Of a DNA stretch of 64,000 nucleotides, positions 8,851 through 19,260 are shown piece after piece. The stretch is taken from assembly GCA_004297205.1 (NCBI GenBank), contig SCUL01000002.1:722893-786892 (forward strand), read 5' to 3'. The stretch comes from Patescibacteria group bacterium (GTDB lineage Bacteria; Patescibacteriota; Patescibacteriia; 2-12-FULL-57-11). The notes under the pieces are model-generated. The model had not been told where the DNA came from. It did no database searches and saw nothing but the letters and a program-made list of their open reading frames with translations. The position numbers were made by a program, and so were the translations under genes. Position 1 is the stretch's first letter. Each line of letters opens with the position of its first letter.

Positions 8851-9222
8851 ATGGAAGACGCGCGCCGCGCACGAGGCTCCTTTGGGGAATCGGTCGCGGC
8901 GCGTTTGTTTTTGGAGAAAGGCTTCACCATTCTTGAGCGCGGCTGGCGGACCCGCTACGGCGAGGTCGACCTGATCGTGCAGGACGCGCGGGGTGTGCGT
9001 TTCGTGGAAGTGAAGACGCGCGGGAGCGACACCTTCGGTCCGCCGGAGGAAGCGGTGACGCGCCTGAAACTCCGGAAGATCGCCCGCGTCGCCGAGGTGT
9101 ACCTGGAGAAGCGCGGCTGGCAGCACCTGGCGCGCCAGATCGACGTGGTGGCCATCCGCACGGACGCACCCGGAGCGCCGGAGGTCCGGCACATCGAGGA
9201 CGTGGGCGAGGGGTTCGGATAA
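8851..9222 (+). CDS. YraN/UPF0102 family endonuclease-like protein
   Basis: RLFLEKGFTILERGWRTRYGEVDLIV...FVEVKTR pattern is typical of YraN. Start set at the internal ATG 8851 (MEDARRAR) after the upstream membrane gene. Confidence 0.65.
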   Translation: MEDARRARGSFGESVAARLFLEKGFTILERGWRTRYGEVDLIVQDARGVRFVEVKTRGSDTFGPPEEAVTRLKLRKIARVAEVYLEKRGWQHLARQIDVVAIRTDAPGAPEVRHIEDVGEGFG

Positions 9223-9234
9223 AAAAGGAACCGC

Positions 9235-9603
9235 CTAGGGCGGGTCCTTCGACGCGGGAGATGAACCGATCTCCCGGTCGAGGTACTGGCGGATTTCCTC
9301 CTGCAGGCGGAAGAGGTCGGCCGTGATGTCCATGAACGCGTAGGTCGTCACGAAGGCGTAGGCGAAGTCCGAGAAGAAATCGCCGCGCGGCGGCCCCAGG
9401 GACGGCAACGCCATGAAGACGAGCGGCAGCGTCACCATCATCCCCACGCAGTAGGGGATGATGAACAGGCGCAGCCGGAACTCCCGTCGCATGCGGTGCT
9501 TCACGACCGGCATGATGATCTTGTAGGAAAGAGCGGCGATGAGGCCGAACAGGTAGGCCCAGCTGGTGTAAAACGGTCCGTCCACGACTACCTCCATGAC
9601 CAC
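9235..9603 (-). CDS. hypothetical membrane protein
   Basis: 122 aa with 3 hydrophobic helices. Confidence 0.4.
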   Translation of the reverse strand: MVMEVVVDGPFYTSWAYLFGLIAALSYKIIMPVVKHRMRREFRLRLFIIPYCVGMMVTLPLVFMALPSLGPPRGDFFSDFAYAFVTTYAFMDITADLFRLQEEIRQYLDREIGSSPASKDPP

Positions 9604-9666
9604 CTGAACACGCCGGAGGCACGATTGTCAATGCGCGCCCGCTTCGGTACGCTGGTCACGTTTTCT

Positions 9667-11094
9667 ATGCCGTTGCGCCTCCACAACACCGCCTCCGGGA
9701 AGAAAGAGGAGTACCGCTCCGCCAAGGCACGGGAGGTGACGATGTACACCTGCGGTCCGACGGTCTACAACGTCGCCCACATCGGCAACTTGTCGTCGTT
9801 TTTGGCCGCCGACGTGCTGCGCCGCTGGCTTGCCGCCTCCGGATACGCGGTGCGTCACGTCATGAACATCACGGACGTGGACGACAAGACGATCCGCGGC
9901 GCGCGGGAAGCCGGCAAGTCGCTCGGCGAATTCACCGCCCGGTACGAAGCGCTGTTTCGCACCGACCTGGAGCGGCTGAACGTGCTGGAGCCCGTCTTCG
10001 TGCACGCCACGAAGAATATCGAAGCCATGGTGGCGGATGTGCAGGCGCTGCTCAAAAAGGGCTTGGCGTATGAGAAGGACGGCTCCGTGTATTTCGCCAT
10101 CGAGAAGTTTCCCGGCTACGGCGCGCTCGCCGGCCTTGAGAAGCGGAACGCCGCTCCGGCCAAGCATCGTGTCGATGCGGACGACTACGACAAGGATGCG
10201 GCCGAAGACTTCGTGCTTTGGAAGGGCTGGAAGGAAGAGGACGGCGAGGTCTATTGGGAGACGCCGCTCGGCAAAGGCCGTCCCGGCTGGCACATCGAGT
10301 GCTCGGCCATGATCCGCCGGCACCTCGGCGACCAGATCGACGTCCACACCGGCGCCGCGGACCTGGTGTTCCCGCACCACACCAACGAGATCGCCCAGGC
10401 CGAAGGCGTCACGGGGAAGCGCCCCTTCGTCCGCTTCTGGTTCCATCGCGGCTTCCTGACGGTCGACAACGAAAAGATGGCCAAACGCATCGGCAACGTG
10501 CTCGCACTTTCAGACGTCGCGAAGAACGAGCTCGAAGCGCTGGCCTTCCGCTGGGCCATCGTCTCCTCGCACTACCGCACGCCGCTGAACTTCACCGATC
10601 AGTCGATGCCGGCCGCCAAGGCCGCGCTCGGCCGTCTGCTTGCCGCCGCCGACCGGCTGGAGGCGTGGGAAACGAAGAGCGCGGCTGCCGACAGCGCTGC
10701 CGTCGCGGTTGCCATCGACGCGGCGCGGAAAGATTTTTCCGCTGCCATGGACGACGACCTGAACACGCCCGCGGCCGCGGCCGCCATCTTCGACGCCGTG
10801 AAGCTGGCCGAACGGCCGGAACTTTCCAAAGGCGACGCGCTGCTCGTGTCCGAGTTTTTGGAGGAGGCGGACGCCGTGTTCGGCGTCGTTGCCGCGGGCC
10901 TGCCGTATTGGCGCGCTGCGGTGAAACGGCCGCTGTCCGCCGAGGAAGCGGCAACGCTCGAGAAATGGGAAGAAGCGCGCACCGCAAAAAGATATGAAGA
11001 AGCCGATGCCTTGCGCGTCGAATTGAAGGCGCAGGGAATCGACGTGCGCAACACGCCGGGCGGGACCGTCTGGCAGCGCGACCCCTGGGCTTGA
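9667..11094 (+). CDS. cysS: cysteinyl-tRNA synthetase
   Basis: MPLRLHNTASGKKEEY...MYTCGPTVYNVAHIGN (HIGH motif) and KMAKRIGN (KMSKS). Start chosen at ATG 9667 by alignment to the canonical CysRS N-terminus; ATG 9631 is the alternative. Confidence 0.9.
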   Translation: MPLRLHNTASGKKEEYRSAKAREVTMYTCGPTVYNVAHIGNLSSFLAADVLRRWLAASGYAVRHVMNITDVDDKTIRGAREAGKSLGEFTARYEALFRTDLERLNVLEPVFVHATKNIEAMVADVQALLKKGLAYEKDGSVYFAIEKFPGYGALAGLEKRNAAPAKHRVDADDYDKDAAEDFVLWKGWKEEDGEVYWETPLGKGRPGWHIECSAMIRRHLGDQIDVHTGAADLVFPHHTNEIAQAEGVTGKRPFVRFWFHRGFLTVDNEKMAKRIGNVLALSDVAKNELEALAFRWAIVSSHYRTPLNFTDQSMPAAKAALGRLLAAADRLEAWETKSAAADSAAVAVAIDAARKDFSAAMDDDLNTPAAAAAIFDAVKLAERPELSKGDALLVSEFLEEADAVFGVVAAGLPYWRAAVKRPLSAEEAATLEKWEEARTAKRYEEADALRVELKAQGIDVRNTPGGTVWQRDPWA

Positions 11095-11130
11095 CGCCGT
11101 CTTTTTCTCTTGATACCTTGCATGCGTACT

Positions 11131-11160
11131 GACTCGAGCTTTTAGGCTCGAGTCATTTTC
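11131..11160 (+). terminator. hairpin/terminator or attenuator between cysS and nusA
   Basis: Perfect 9-bp stem GACTCGAGC-TTTTAG-GCTCGAGTC followed by ATTTTC, 14 nt before the nusA ATG. Confidence 0.45.
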
Positions 11161-11173
11161 ATGAGACGCACGC

Positions 11174-12436
11174 ATGTCCAGCCCCATTGTCCAAGCCATC
11201 CAGCAGATCTGCGACGAAAAAGGCATCTCCTACGATGCCGTGATCGAGACGATCGAGGCCGCGCTCGCCGCCGCCTACCGCAAGGATTTCGGCCAAAAGA
11301 ATCAGAACATCAAAGTGACCTTCGAGCCCGAGATGGGCGGGTCGCGCGTCTTCGACGTGAAGACCGTGGTCTCCGACGAGTTCGTCGAGAAGGCGCTGAA
11401 GGAAATGGAAGAGAAGGCCGCTGCCGCCGCCGCGGCGCTGGCTGCGGGAGAACCGCTGCCGCTCGTCGAGCCGGAAATGGCAAAGGTGCCGGTCGGCGAA
11501 GTGGTCGCTTCCGGCGAGCCGACCGAGGAAGAGAAGTACAACCCCAAGCTGCATCTTTCGCTGACCGAAGCGCGGGCCATCAAGCCCGACGCCCAGATCG
11601 GCGACACGCTGACGATCGAGCTTGAGGTGCCGGCCGCCTACGGCCGCATGGCCGCCCAGACCGCCAAGCAGGTCATCACCCAGCGGCTGCGCGAAGCCGA
11701 GCGCTTCAAGCTGTTTGAAGAGTTCAAAGGCAAGGAAGGGGAGATGCTGGTCGGCGTCGTGCAGCGGCGCGAAGGCCGCGTCATGCTCGTCGACCTCGGC
11801 CGCGTCACCGGCGTCATGCTCTCCGAGGACCAGATGCCGACCGAACGCTACAACCCCGGCGACCGCGTGAAGGTGTTCGTGACCGCCGTGGCCATGACGA
11901 GCAAGGGCCCGGAGATCCGGCTGACCCGTACGCATCCGGAAATGGTCCGTAAGCTGTTCATGTTGGAAATTCCGGAAGTCGCCTCCGGCGCCGTGCTCAT
12001 CCACGCCATCGCCCGCGAACCGGGCAGCCGCACCAAGGTGGCCGTTTCTTCGACGCAGGAAAACGTCGATCCGATCGGCTCCTGCATCGGCCAGCGCGGC
12101 AGCCGCATCCAGACCATCATCTCGGAAATCGGCGGCGAAAAGATCGACATCATCGAGTGGAACGCCGACGCCGCGCCGTTCATCAAGAACGCCTTGTCGC
12201 CGGCGCGGGTGGAACGCGTCGAGCTCGACGAGCCGACGAAGACCGCCAAAGTCCTCGTGGCGCGCGACCAGCTGTCGCTTGCCATCGGCCGCGGCGGACA
12301 GAACGTGCGGCTTGCCGCGCGCCTGACCGGTTGGAAGATCAACGTCGTCGAAGCCGAAGCCCCGGCGGCGGAAGAAGCCGTCGCTGAAGCGCCCGCTGCA
12401 GAGGCACCGGCCGAAGAGGCTCCGAAAGCCGAGTAA
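11174..12436 (+). CDS. nusA: transcription termination/antitermination factor NusA
   Basis: N-terminal NusA domain, S1 and two KH motifs (IGQRGSRIQTI, IGRGGQNVRLA), acidic Ala/Glu-rich tail. 420 aa. Confidence 0.9.
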   Translation: MSSPIVQAIQQICDEKGISYDAVIETIEAALAAAYRKDFGQKNQNIKVTFEPEMGGSRVFDVKTVVSDEFVEKALKEMEEKAAAAAAALAAGEPLPLVEPEMAKVPVGEVVASGEPTEEEKYNPKLHLSLTEARAIKPDAQIGDTLTIELEVPAAYGRMAAQTAKQVITQRLREAERFKLFEEFKGKEGEMLVGVVQRREGRVMLVDLGRVTGVMLSEDQMPTERYNPGDRVKVFVTAVAMTSKGPEIRLTRTHPEMVRKLFMLEIPEVASGAVLIHAIAREPGSRTKVAVSSTQENVDPIGSCIGQRGSRIQTIISEIGGEKIDIIEWNADAAPFIKNALSPARVERVELDEPTKTAKVLVARDQLSLAIGRGGQNVRLAARLTGWKINVVEAEAPAAEEAVAEAPAAEAPAEEAPKAE

Positions 12437-12447
12437 CCGCATCTCCC

Positions 12448-13239
12448 ATGATCGCGCAGATCTACAACGCCGTCTTCTACCAGCCGATTTTCAACCTGCT
12501 GGTCTGGCTGTACGAGGTCGTGCCCGGTCAGGACATCGGTATCGCCATCATCCTGATCACGATCATCCTGAAGGTCGTACTCTTCCCGTTCTCGCTCCAG
12601 TCGCTCAAGAGCCAGCGCGCCATGAACGCGCTGCAACCGAGGTTGAAGGCGCTGCAGGACCAGTACAAGGACGACAAGGAGAAACAGGCCAAGGCCGTGA
12701 TGGAGCTGTACGCGTCCGAGAAGGTCAGTCCGTTCTCGTCCTGCTTGCCGCTCATCATCCAGCTGCCGTTCCTGTTCGCGCTCTATCATGCGCTCCAAAA
12801 GGGGCTCACAAACGGCGGTTTCGAGCAGCTCTATCCGTTCGTGGCCCATCCGGGGACGATCGACGCCATGTTCCTGGGCGTCGTCGACCTGGCCGCGCGT
12901 TCTTGGCCCCTGGCCCTGCTCGCCGGTCTGACCCAGCTCTGGCAGACGTTGATGCTCTCTCCGAAGCCCAACCCCGCCGCCAAAGTTCCGGGCTCCAAGG
13001 ACGAAGACACCATGGCCGCGGTCAACCGGCAGATGACCTATCTCATGCCGGTCATGACCTTCATCATCGGCCTGCAGTTCCCCGGCGGCCTCGCCCTGTA
13101 CTGGCTGGTCATGAACCTGCTGACCGTCGGCCAGCAGTGGCTGTTCTTCCAGAAGGAACCCAAGAAGCCGGATGCGCCGTCCCTGCCCACGCCGCCGACG
13201 CCGCCCTCCGGGCACGCCGCAGTGGGGCCGGTCGTGTAG
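12448..13239 (+). CDS. yidC: membrane protein insertase YidC (short form)
   Basis: 263 aa, 5 TM, with conserved YidC/Oxa1 stretches (LKSQRAMNALQPRLKALQDQYKDDKEKQ, LPLIIQLPFLFALY). Confidence 0.85.
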   Translation: MIAQIYNAVFYQPIFNLLVWLYEVVPGQDIGIAIILITIILKVVLFPFSLQSLKSQRAMNALQPRLKALQDQYKDDKEKQAKAVMELYASEKVSPFSSCLPLIIQLPFLFALYHALQKGLTNGGFEQLYPFVAHPGTIDAMFLGVVDLAARSWPLALLAGLTQLWQTLMLSPKPNPAAKVPGSKDEDTMAAVNRQMTYLMPVMTFIIGLQFPGGLALYWLVMNLLTVGQQWLFFQKEPKKPDAPSLPTPPTPPSGHAAVGPVV

Positions 13240-13281
13240 GAGGGTGTGGGGGGTCGGGCGTAGGGTGTAGGATGTTGCGGT

Positions 13282-14217
13282 ATGGATCCCGTTGCGCGCG
13301 CAGTTCTCGCCACCGTCGCCTACTTCGACCTGTTCCAGGTTCCGCTCACGGCTCTTGAAGTCTGGCGGAACCTGTTTTGGTCTGCGGGTGCCCCGCCCGG
13401 ACTCGGCGACGTCGAAGCGGCCATCGCCCGGCTCGTCGCCGAAGGAAAACTGACGTCGCAGGAAGGCTACGTCTCGCTGCCCGGCGGCGCGCCGGCGTCG
13501 CTGCGTTTGATGCGCGAGGCCGACGCGCTGCGCAAATGGCGTCGCCTGCGTTTCGGCGCGCGATTGCTTTCCGCCGTGCCGTTCCTGCAGGGGATCGCCG
13601 CCGTGAACACGTTGCCGATCGGCGCGTCGCGGCGGGAGTCCGACATCGACGTGCTGCTCGTGGCGCGCGCCGGCCGCCTGTATACGATGCGTTTCATCGC
13701 GGTGGTGGCGGCAACGCTCTTCGGCCTGTATCGCAGCGGGGAACACGTCGCCGATCAATTGTGCCTGTCGTTTTCCGTGAGCGAACGCGCCCTCGACGTC
13801 ATGCCGCTCGCCAAATCCGGCGGCGATCCGTATCTGCAGTTCTGGGTGGCCAACGTCCATGTCGTCGCCGAGCGGGACGGCGTGTTCGACGCCTTCTGGC
13901 GGACCAACGCGCCCCTCTTGGTGCAGCTGCCGAACGCCCGCTTGCGCCGCCTGCCGAAACTCGTCCGCGCGCCGCGTCTTCTTTCCGCGCTGCGCGATGC
14001 GTCCGAGCGTCTCCTTGTCGGCTCCTTCGGTGACCGTGTCGAAGCCTGGGCCAAGCGTTTCCAGATGCGCCGTTTCGCGGCAAACACGCAAAGCCGGGCG
14101 CGGCGCGGCGGCACCGACGTCGTCATCGCGGACGACATCCTGAAATTCCACGAGCGCGACCGACGCGAAGAAATCCGGACGCGTTGGGCAGAGCGGCGCG
14201 GCACGCTTGGCGTATGA
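13282..14217 (+). CDS. hypothetical protein with possible nucleotidyltransferase-fold motif
   Basis: 311 aa with GASRRESDIDVLLV resembling the GS...DxD motif of Pol-beta-type NTases. Otherwise unassigned. Confidence 0.4.
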   Translation: MDPVARAVLATVAYFDLFQVPLTALEVWRNLFWSAGAPPGLGDVEAAIARLVAEGKLTSQEGYVSLPGGAPASLRLMREADALRKWRRLRFGARLLSAVPFLQGIAAVNTLPIGASRRESDIDVLLVARAGRLYTMRFIAVVAATLFGLYRSGEHVADQLCLSFSVSERALDVMPLAKSGGDPYLQFWVANVHVVAERDGVFDAFWRTNAPLLVQLPNARLRRLPKLVRAPRLLSALRDASERLLVGSFGDRVEAWAKRFQMRRFAANTQSRARRGGTDVVIADDILKFHERDRREEIRTRWAERRGTLGV

Positions 14218-15443
14218 AAATGATCCGCGTTGTTCACACCTGGGCGCTGCCGGCCGTTGTCTTCCTGATCCCCTGGGGCGCGCGGGTGATCTTCCTCCAG
14301 CCGCAGGTGGACGGCGTGACGGTCGAAGCGTTGACGCTGTCGCTGTTCGCGGTCGAGCTGCTCGTCTATGTTGCCGCGGCAGTGAGCGTGCGCACGGTCC
14401 GACGACGGCCGTCGTCCGCGCCCCGCCGCGCCGAGTTCGTGCTGTTCGTGCTCGTGCTCTGGGCGCTGGCCTCCGCGCTGTGGTCGCCGGTCCCGGCGTT
14501 GGCCATGCAGGCCGCGGTACGCCTGCTTGCCGCCGCGCTCCTGTTGTATCTGCTGGCGCGCCAGGAAGACCTCGGCCGCGTCCGAGATGCGTTCCTGCTG
14601 TCTGCCGCGCTCCAGGCCGGGCTGGGACTGTGGCAGCTGTTCGCCCATGAGATCGGCGCATCGACCCTCTTGGGCGTGGCCGCCCAGCACGCCGCCGGTC
14701 CCTCGGCGGTGATCGAGAGCGCGGCCGGCCGTCTGCTGCGCGCCTACGGCACCTTCCCGCATCCCAACGTGCTCGGTGGGTTCCTGGCCGCCGCCCTCGT
14801 CGTCGCGCTCGCCGACTGGCGGCAGGGGAGGGCGGGGATCGTAGTGTCCGGGGCCGTGCCGCTCATCGCCGCCGGACTGCTGGCCTCGTTTTCCCGGAGT
14901 GCCTGGATCGCCGCCGCCGCGGGCGCGTTCGTCCTTGTGGCGTATCTGCGCCTCGATCATCGGCTGTGGCTGCGGCTGGTCGCAGTCGGCGTGGTCGGCA
15001 TCCTCTTTGCTATCCTGGTCCAGCCGTATCTCGTGGCCCGCGTCACCGCGGACGGCCGCCTCGAAGAACGCTCCATCAATGAACGTAAACTCGCCCTCAT
15101 CCAAGCGCGCGGCATCTTCCTCGCCGCGCCGCTGACCGGCGTGGGCATCGGGCAAACGGTGCCCGCGCTCATCCGCGCCGGGGAGCCGCTGCTCGAGCCG
15201 CCGCACCTGGTGCCGGCCGTGGTCATCACCGAACTCGGACCGGTCGGTTTGCTGCTTGCTGCCGCGTTTCTCCTGACGTTGTTTCCCCGCGGCCGTCGCG
15301 TCTCACCGGAGGCGGCGGCGCTGGCCGCCTGCGCGGCCGTCCTTTCCCTGTTTGATCACTATCTGTGGACCGCGGTGCCGGGCCTGCTGCTCGGTGCATT
15401 GATCTTTGCTTTGCTGCTTGACCATCCGCGTCAGACCCCGTAA
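14214..15443 (+). CDS. O-antigen ligase (Wzy_C) family membrane protein
   Basis: About 10 TM plus an LASFSRSAWIAAAAG segment typical of O-antigen ligase / WaaL-like proteins. ATGA overlap with the upstream gene. Confidence 0.6.
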   Translation: MKMIRVVHTWALPAVVFLIPWGARVIFLQPQVDGVTVEALTLSLFAVELLVYVAAAVSVRTVRRRPSSAPRRAEFVLFVLVLWALASALWSPVPALAMQAAVRLLAAALLLYLLARQEDLGRVRDAFLLSAALQAGLGLWQLFAHEIGASTLLGVAAQHAAGPSAVIESAAGRLLRAYGTFPHPNVLGGFLAAALVVALADWRQGRAGIVVSGAVPLIAAGLLASFSRSAWIAAAAGAFVLVAYLRLDHRLWLRLVAVGVVGILFAILVQPYLVARVTADGRLEERSINERKLALIQARGIFLAAPLTGVGIGQTVPALIRAGEPLLEPPHLVPAVVITELGPVGLLLAAAFLLTLFPRGRRVSPEAAALAACAAVLSLFDHYLWTAVPGLLLGALIFALLLDHPRQTP

Positions 15444-15465
15444 GAGAGGGGGAGGAGGACAGAAG

Positions 15466-16197
15466 ATGGACGTTGCAATCGACGACGCGCCGCAATCGGC
15501 GCCGACACACCCGCGCATCCTGCCGATCCTGCGTCGACTGGTGTCCGACCCGTGCCGCGAGTGGATCGACTCGCCGGACAGCAGCAGCGTTTTCGACTGG
15601 GGGGATTTCCGCTACTGCCGGCAACGCCGCGAGGACGGGCTGACCGTCTTCATCGGTCTGACGAGTCGGGAGATGCCGGACCGCTTCGCCGTCGAGAAGA
15701 TCGAGTGGTCGCCGGTCTGGCCGGCGGACGAGAGCAGGCCGACCACGGGGCGGAAGTTCGAACTGTGGTGCGCGGAGCTCCTCGCCCGCGGTCAGGCGCT
15801 TCCGTCGATCGACGGGCGCATTCCCGCGGTCGGCATCGATTCCTGGCGCGGTTGCAGCGGCGGTGGCGGGTCGCGGCCGTACCACATCCTCGTGGAGCGC
15901 GCCCAGGTGCTCGCCCATCTCGAGGAGCTGGACGGGCGACAAGGCGGATTACGGCACAAGCGCTGCGGCATCTCGCGCGGCAACGTCGTCTTGCTGTTCC
16001 CGCAGATCGACGAGAACGACTTCTCGCGCAGGCACGGTTTCAAGTTCCTGGTGGAGAACCGGGACGCCGCCGACGAGCTCTCGCGTCGCTGGACCGGGAT
16101 GAAGCCCGCCGACGCGCGTACGTTTGCCGCCGACATTCAGGCAATCAGCGCGCTGCTCGAGGATCCGGAGATCGCCGCCCTGGAGTGGCCCAAGTAA
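15466..16197 (+). CDS. hypothetical protein
   Basis: 243 aa. Start at ATG 15466 preceded by a GGAGGAGGA RBS. No family recognised. Confidence 0.4.
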   Translation: MDVAIDDAPQSAPTHPRILPILRRLVSDPCREWIDSPDSSSVFDWGDFRYCRQRREDGLTVFIGLTSREMPDRFAVEKIEWSPVWPADESRPTTGRKFELWCAELLARGQALPSIDGRIPAVGIDSWRGCSGGGGSRPYHILVERAQVLAHLEELDGRQGGLRHKRCGISRGNVVLLFPQIDENDFSRRHGFKFLVENRDAADELSRRWTGMKPADARTFAADIQAISALLEDPEIAALEWPK

Positions 16198-16214
16198 GGA
16201 GTAGCGTCTTCGGA

Positions 16215-16250
16215 CGCGGTCGCGAAAGCGGCCTTTTCTTTTTCCACCGC
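16215..16250 (+). terminator. weak terminator after the preceding operon
   Basis: Imperfect hairpin (GGTCGC-GAAA-GCGGCC) followed by TTTTCTTTTT. Confidence 0.3.
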
Positions 16251-16258
16251 GCGGGTTC

Positions 16259-16287
16259 TTGACGTTTTACCGGCTTTTTTCTACACT
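16259..16287 (+). promoter_or_regulatory. sigma70-like promoter of groESL
   Basis: TTGACG at 16259, an exact 17-nt spacer, then TACACT at 16282-16287. Confidence 0.6.
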
Positions 16288-16298
16288 ACCGCCCGAAA

Positions 16299-16324
16299 TA
16301 GCACTCTCCCGTTTTGAGTGCTAA
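16299..16324 (+). promoter_or_regulatory. CIRCE operator (HrcA binding site)
   Basis: TAGCACTC-N9-GAGTGCTAA is a near-perfect match to the CIRCE consensus TTAGCACTC-N9-GAGTGCTAA. It sits between the promoter and the groES ATG. Confidence 0.8.
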
Positions 16325-16354
16325 TCGGGAATTTTTAACCATTTCGGCACACCT

Positions 16355-18275
<1,921 letters not shown>

Positions 18276-18287
18276 AGGAGACGCACG

Positions 18288-18317
18288 CACCCCCGCCATT
18301 GGCGGGGGTGTTTCGTT
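18288..18317 (+). terminator. rho-independent terminator after groEL
   Basis: CACCCCCGCC-ATT-GGCGGGGGTG then TTTCGTT. Confidence 0.6.
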
Positions 18318-18354
18318 ATAAAAAAGAGGACCGCGGCGCGCCGGGGCGCAGCGG

Positions 18355-18726
18355 TCAGCGGGAGACGCAGATGTCGATCGCGTCGGCCCGGTCGGTCGGG
18401 TGCATGCCGAGCTGCAGATGGGGTTCCGCGTGCAGCTCGAGCGCGGCCTTGAGGTAGTGCGTCACGGCGGCCATGATCTGACCGAGCTCTTCGGTGACGA
18501 GCAGCCGTTCCTCATCCGTGACCGTGAGCGGCAGCGGTTTGCCCTCCTTGTGGGCGCGGAACGCCAGCGTCGCCAACCGGGAGACGAGGGTCTGGTAGCC
18601 GACGTCGTCGGGGGCGCGTTGCGCCGGCGGATTGGCTGCGAGCGCTGCTTCCATCAGCTCCGCCGCGGTCGGCGGACACTTGTGCTTTCCCGTGATGTGC
18701 CGGAAGACCGAGCCGATGCTGGGCAT
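18355..18726 (-). CDS. hypothetical protein
   Basis: Start at MPSIGSVFRH (ATG rc at 18726) with a GGAG RBS. 123 aa. No family. Confidence 0.4.
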   Translation of the reverse strand: MPSIGSVFRHITGKHKCPPTAAELMEAALAANPPAQRAPDDVGYQTLVSRLATLAFRAHKEGKPLPLTVTDEERLLVTEELGQIMAAVTHYLKAALELHAEPHLQLGMHPTDRADAIDICVSR

Positions 18727-18911
18727 CGAGCGTTTTCTCCTTGGATTCCGGGGGTCCCGGAGTCCGCAGCACAAGCTACTCCTGGTCCGGGCGGACGTCA
18801 AAGCGGCGTAGGGGATGGAAGGGGCCCGTCAACGGCCTGATTGCCGCACGGTACCGGGCGTGCTATCCTTTTCGTGCCTATTATACCTATTTCCTTTCGG
18901 GAAACGGACCT

Positions 18912-19256
18912 ATGGAAGAGATGCAGAAACCGATGCCGCAGGGCGGCGACAAAGACGTCGAAGAAAACAAGTTGATCGCGGCGATCAGCTACATTTCCGT
19001 GCTCTGCCTCGTGGGCTTGCTCGGGAAAAAGGACAGTCCGTACGTGCAGTATCACGCCAAACAGGGCTTTGTCCTGTTCATCGCCGCCATCGCCTTTATG
19101 GTCATCGGCATCGTGCCGATCCTGGGCTGGATCATCAGCTTCTTCGGTTCGATCGCGGTCCTCGTGCTGTCCATCATGGGCATCATCAACGCCATCGGCG
19201 GAAAGAAGACGGATCTGCCGCTCGTCGGCGAGTGGGCGAAGAAGGTCAACCTGTAA
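18912..19256 (+). CDS. DUF4870-like small membrane protein
   Basis: 114 aa: LIAAISYISVLCLVGLL...YVQYHAKQGFVLF with two further TM helices, a pattern typical of DUF4870. Start set at MEEMQK. Confidence 0.5.
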   Translation: MEEMQKPMPQGGDKDVEENKLIAAISYISVLCLVGLLGKKDSPYVQYHAKQGFVLFIAAIAFMVIGIVPILGWIISFFGSIAVLVLSIMGIINAIGGKKTDLPLVGEWAKKVNL

Positions 19257-19260
19257 AGTC

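Noticed and set aside
10218-10997. 259-aa Arg-rich ORF inside cysS (other frame)
   Set aside because: It is fully internal to the CysRS coding frame, which carries HIGH/KMSKS motifs. Frame artefact.
11848-14661. 937-aa minus-strand ORF
   Set aside because: Antisense to nusA and yidC, which are unambiguous. High-GC artefact.
19069-19258. 86-aa ORF ending at the prfB frameshift site
   Set aside because: Only the last 22 codons (from ATG 19261) belong to prfB ORF1. The upstream part overlaps the DUF4870 gene in another frame.
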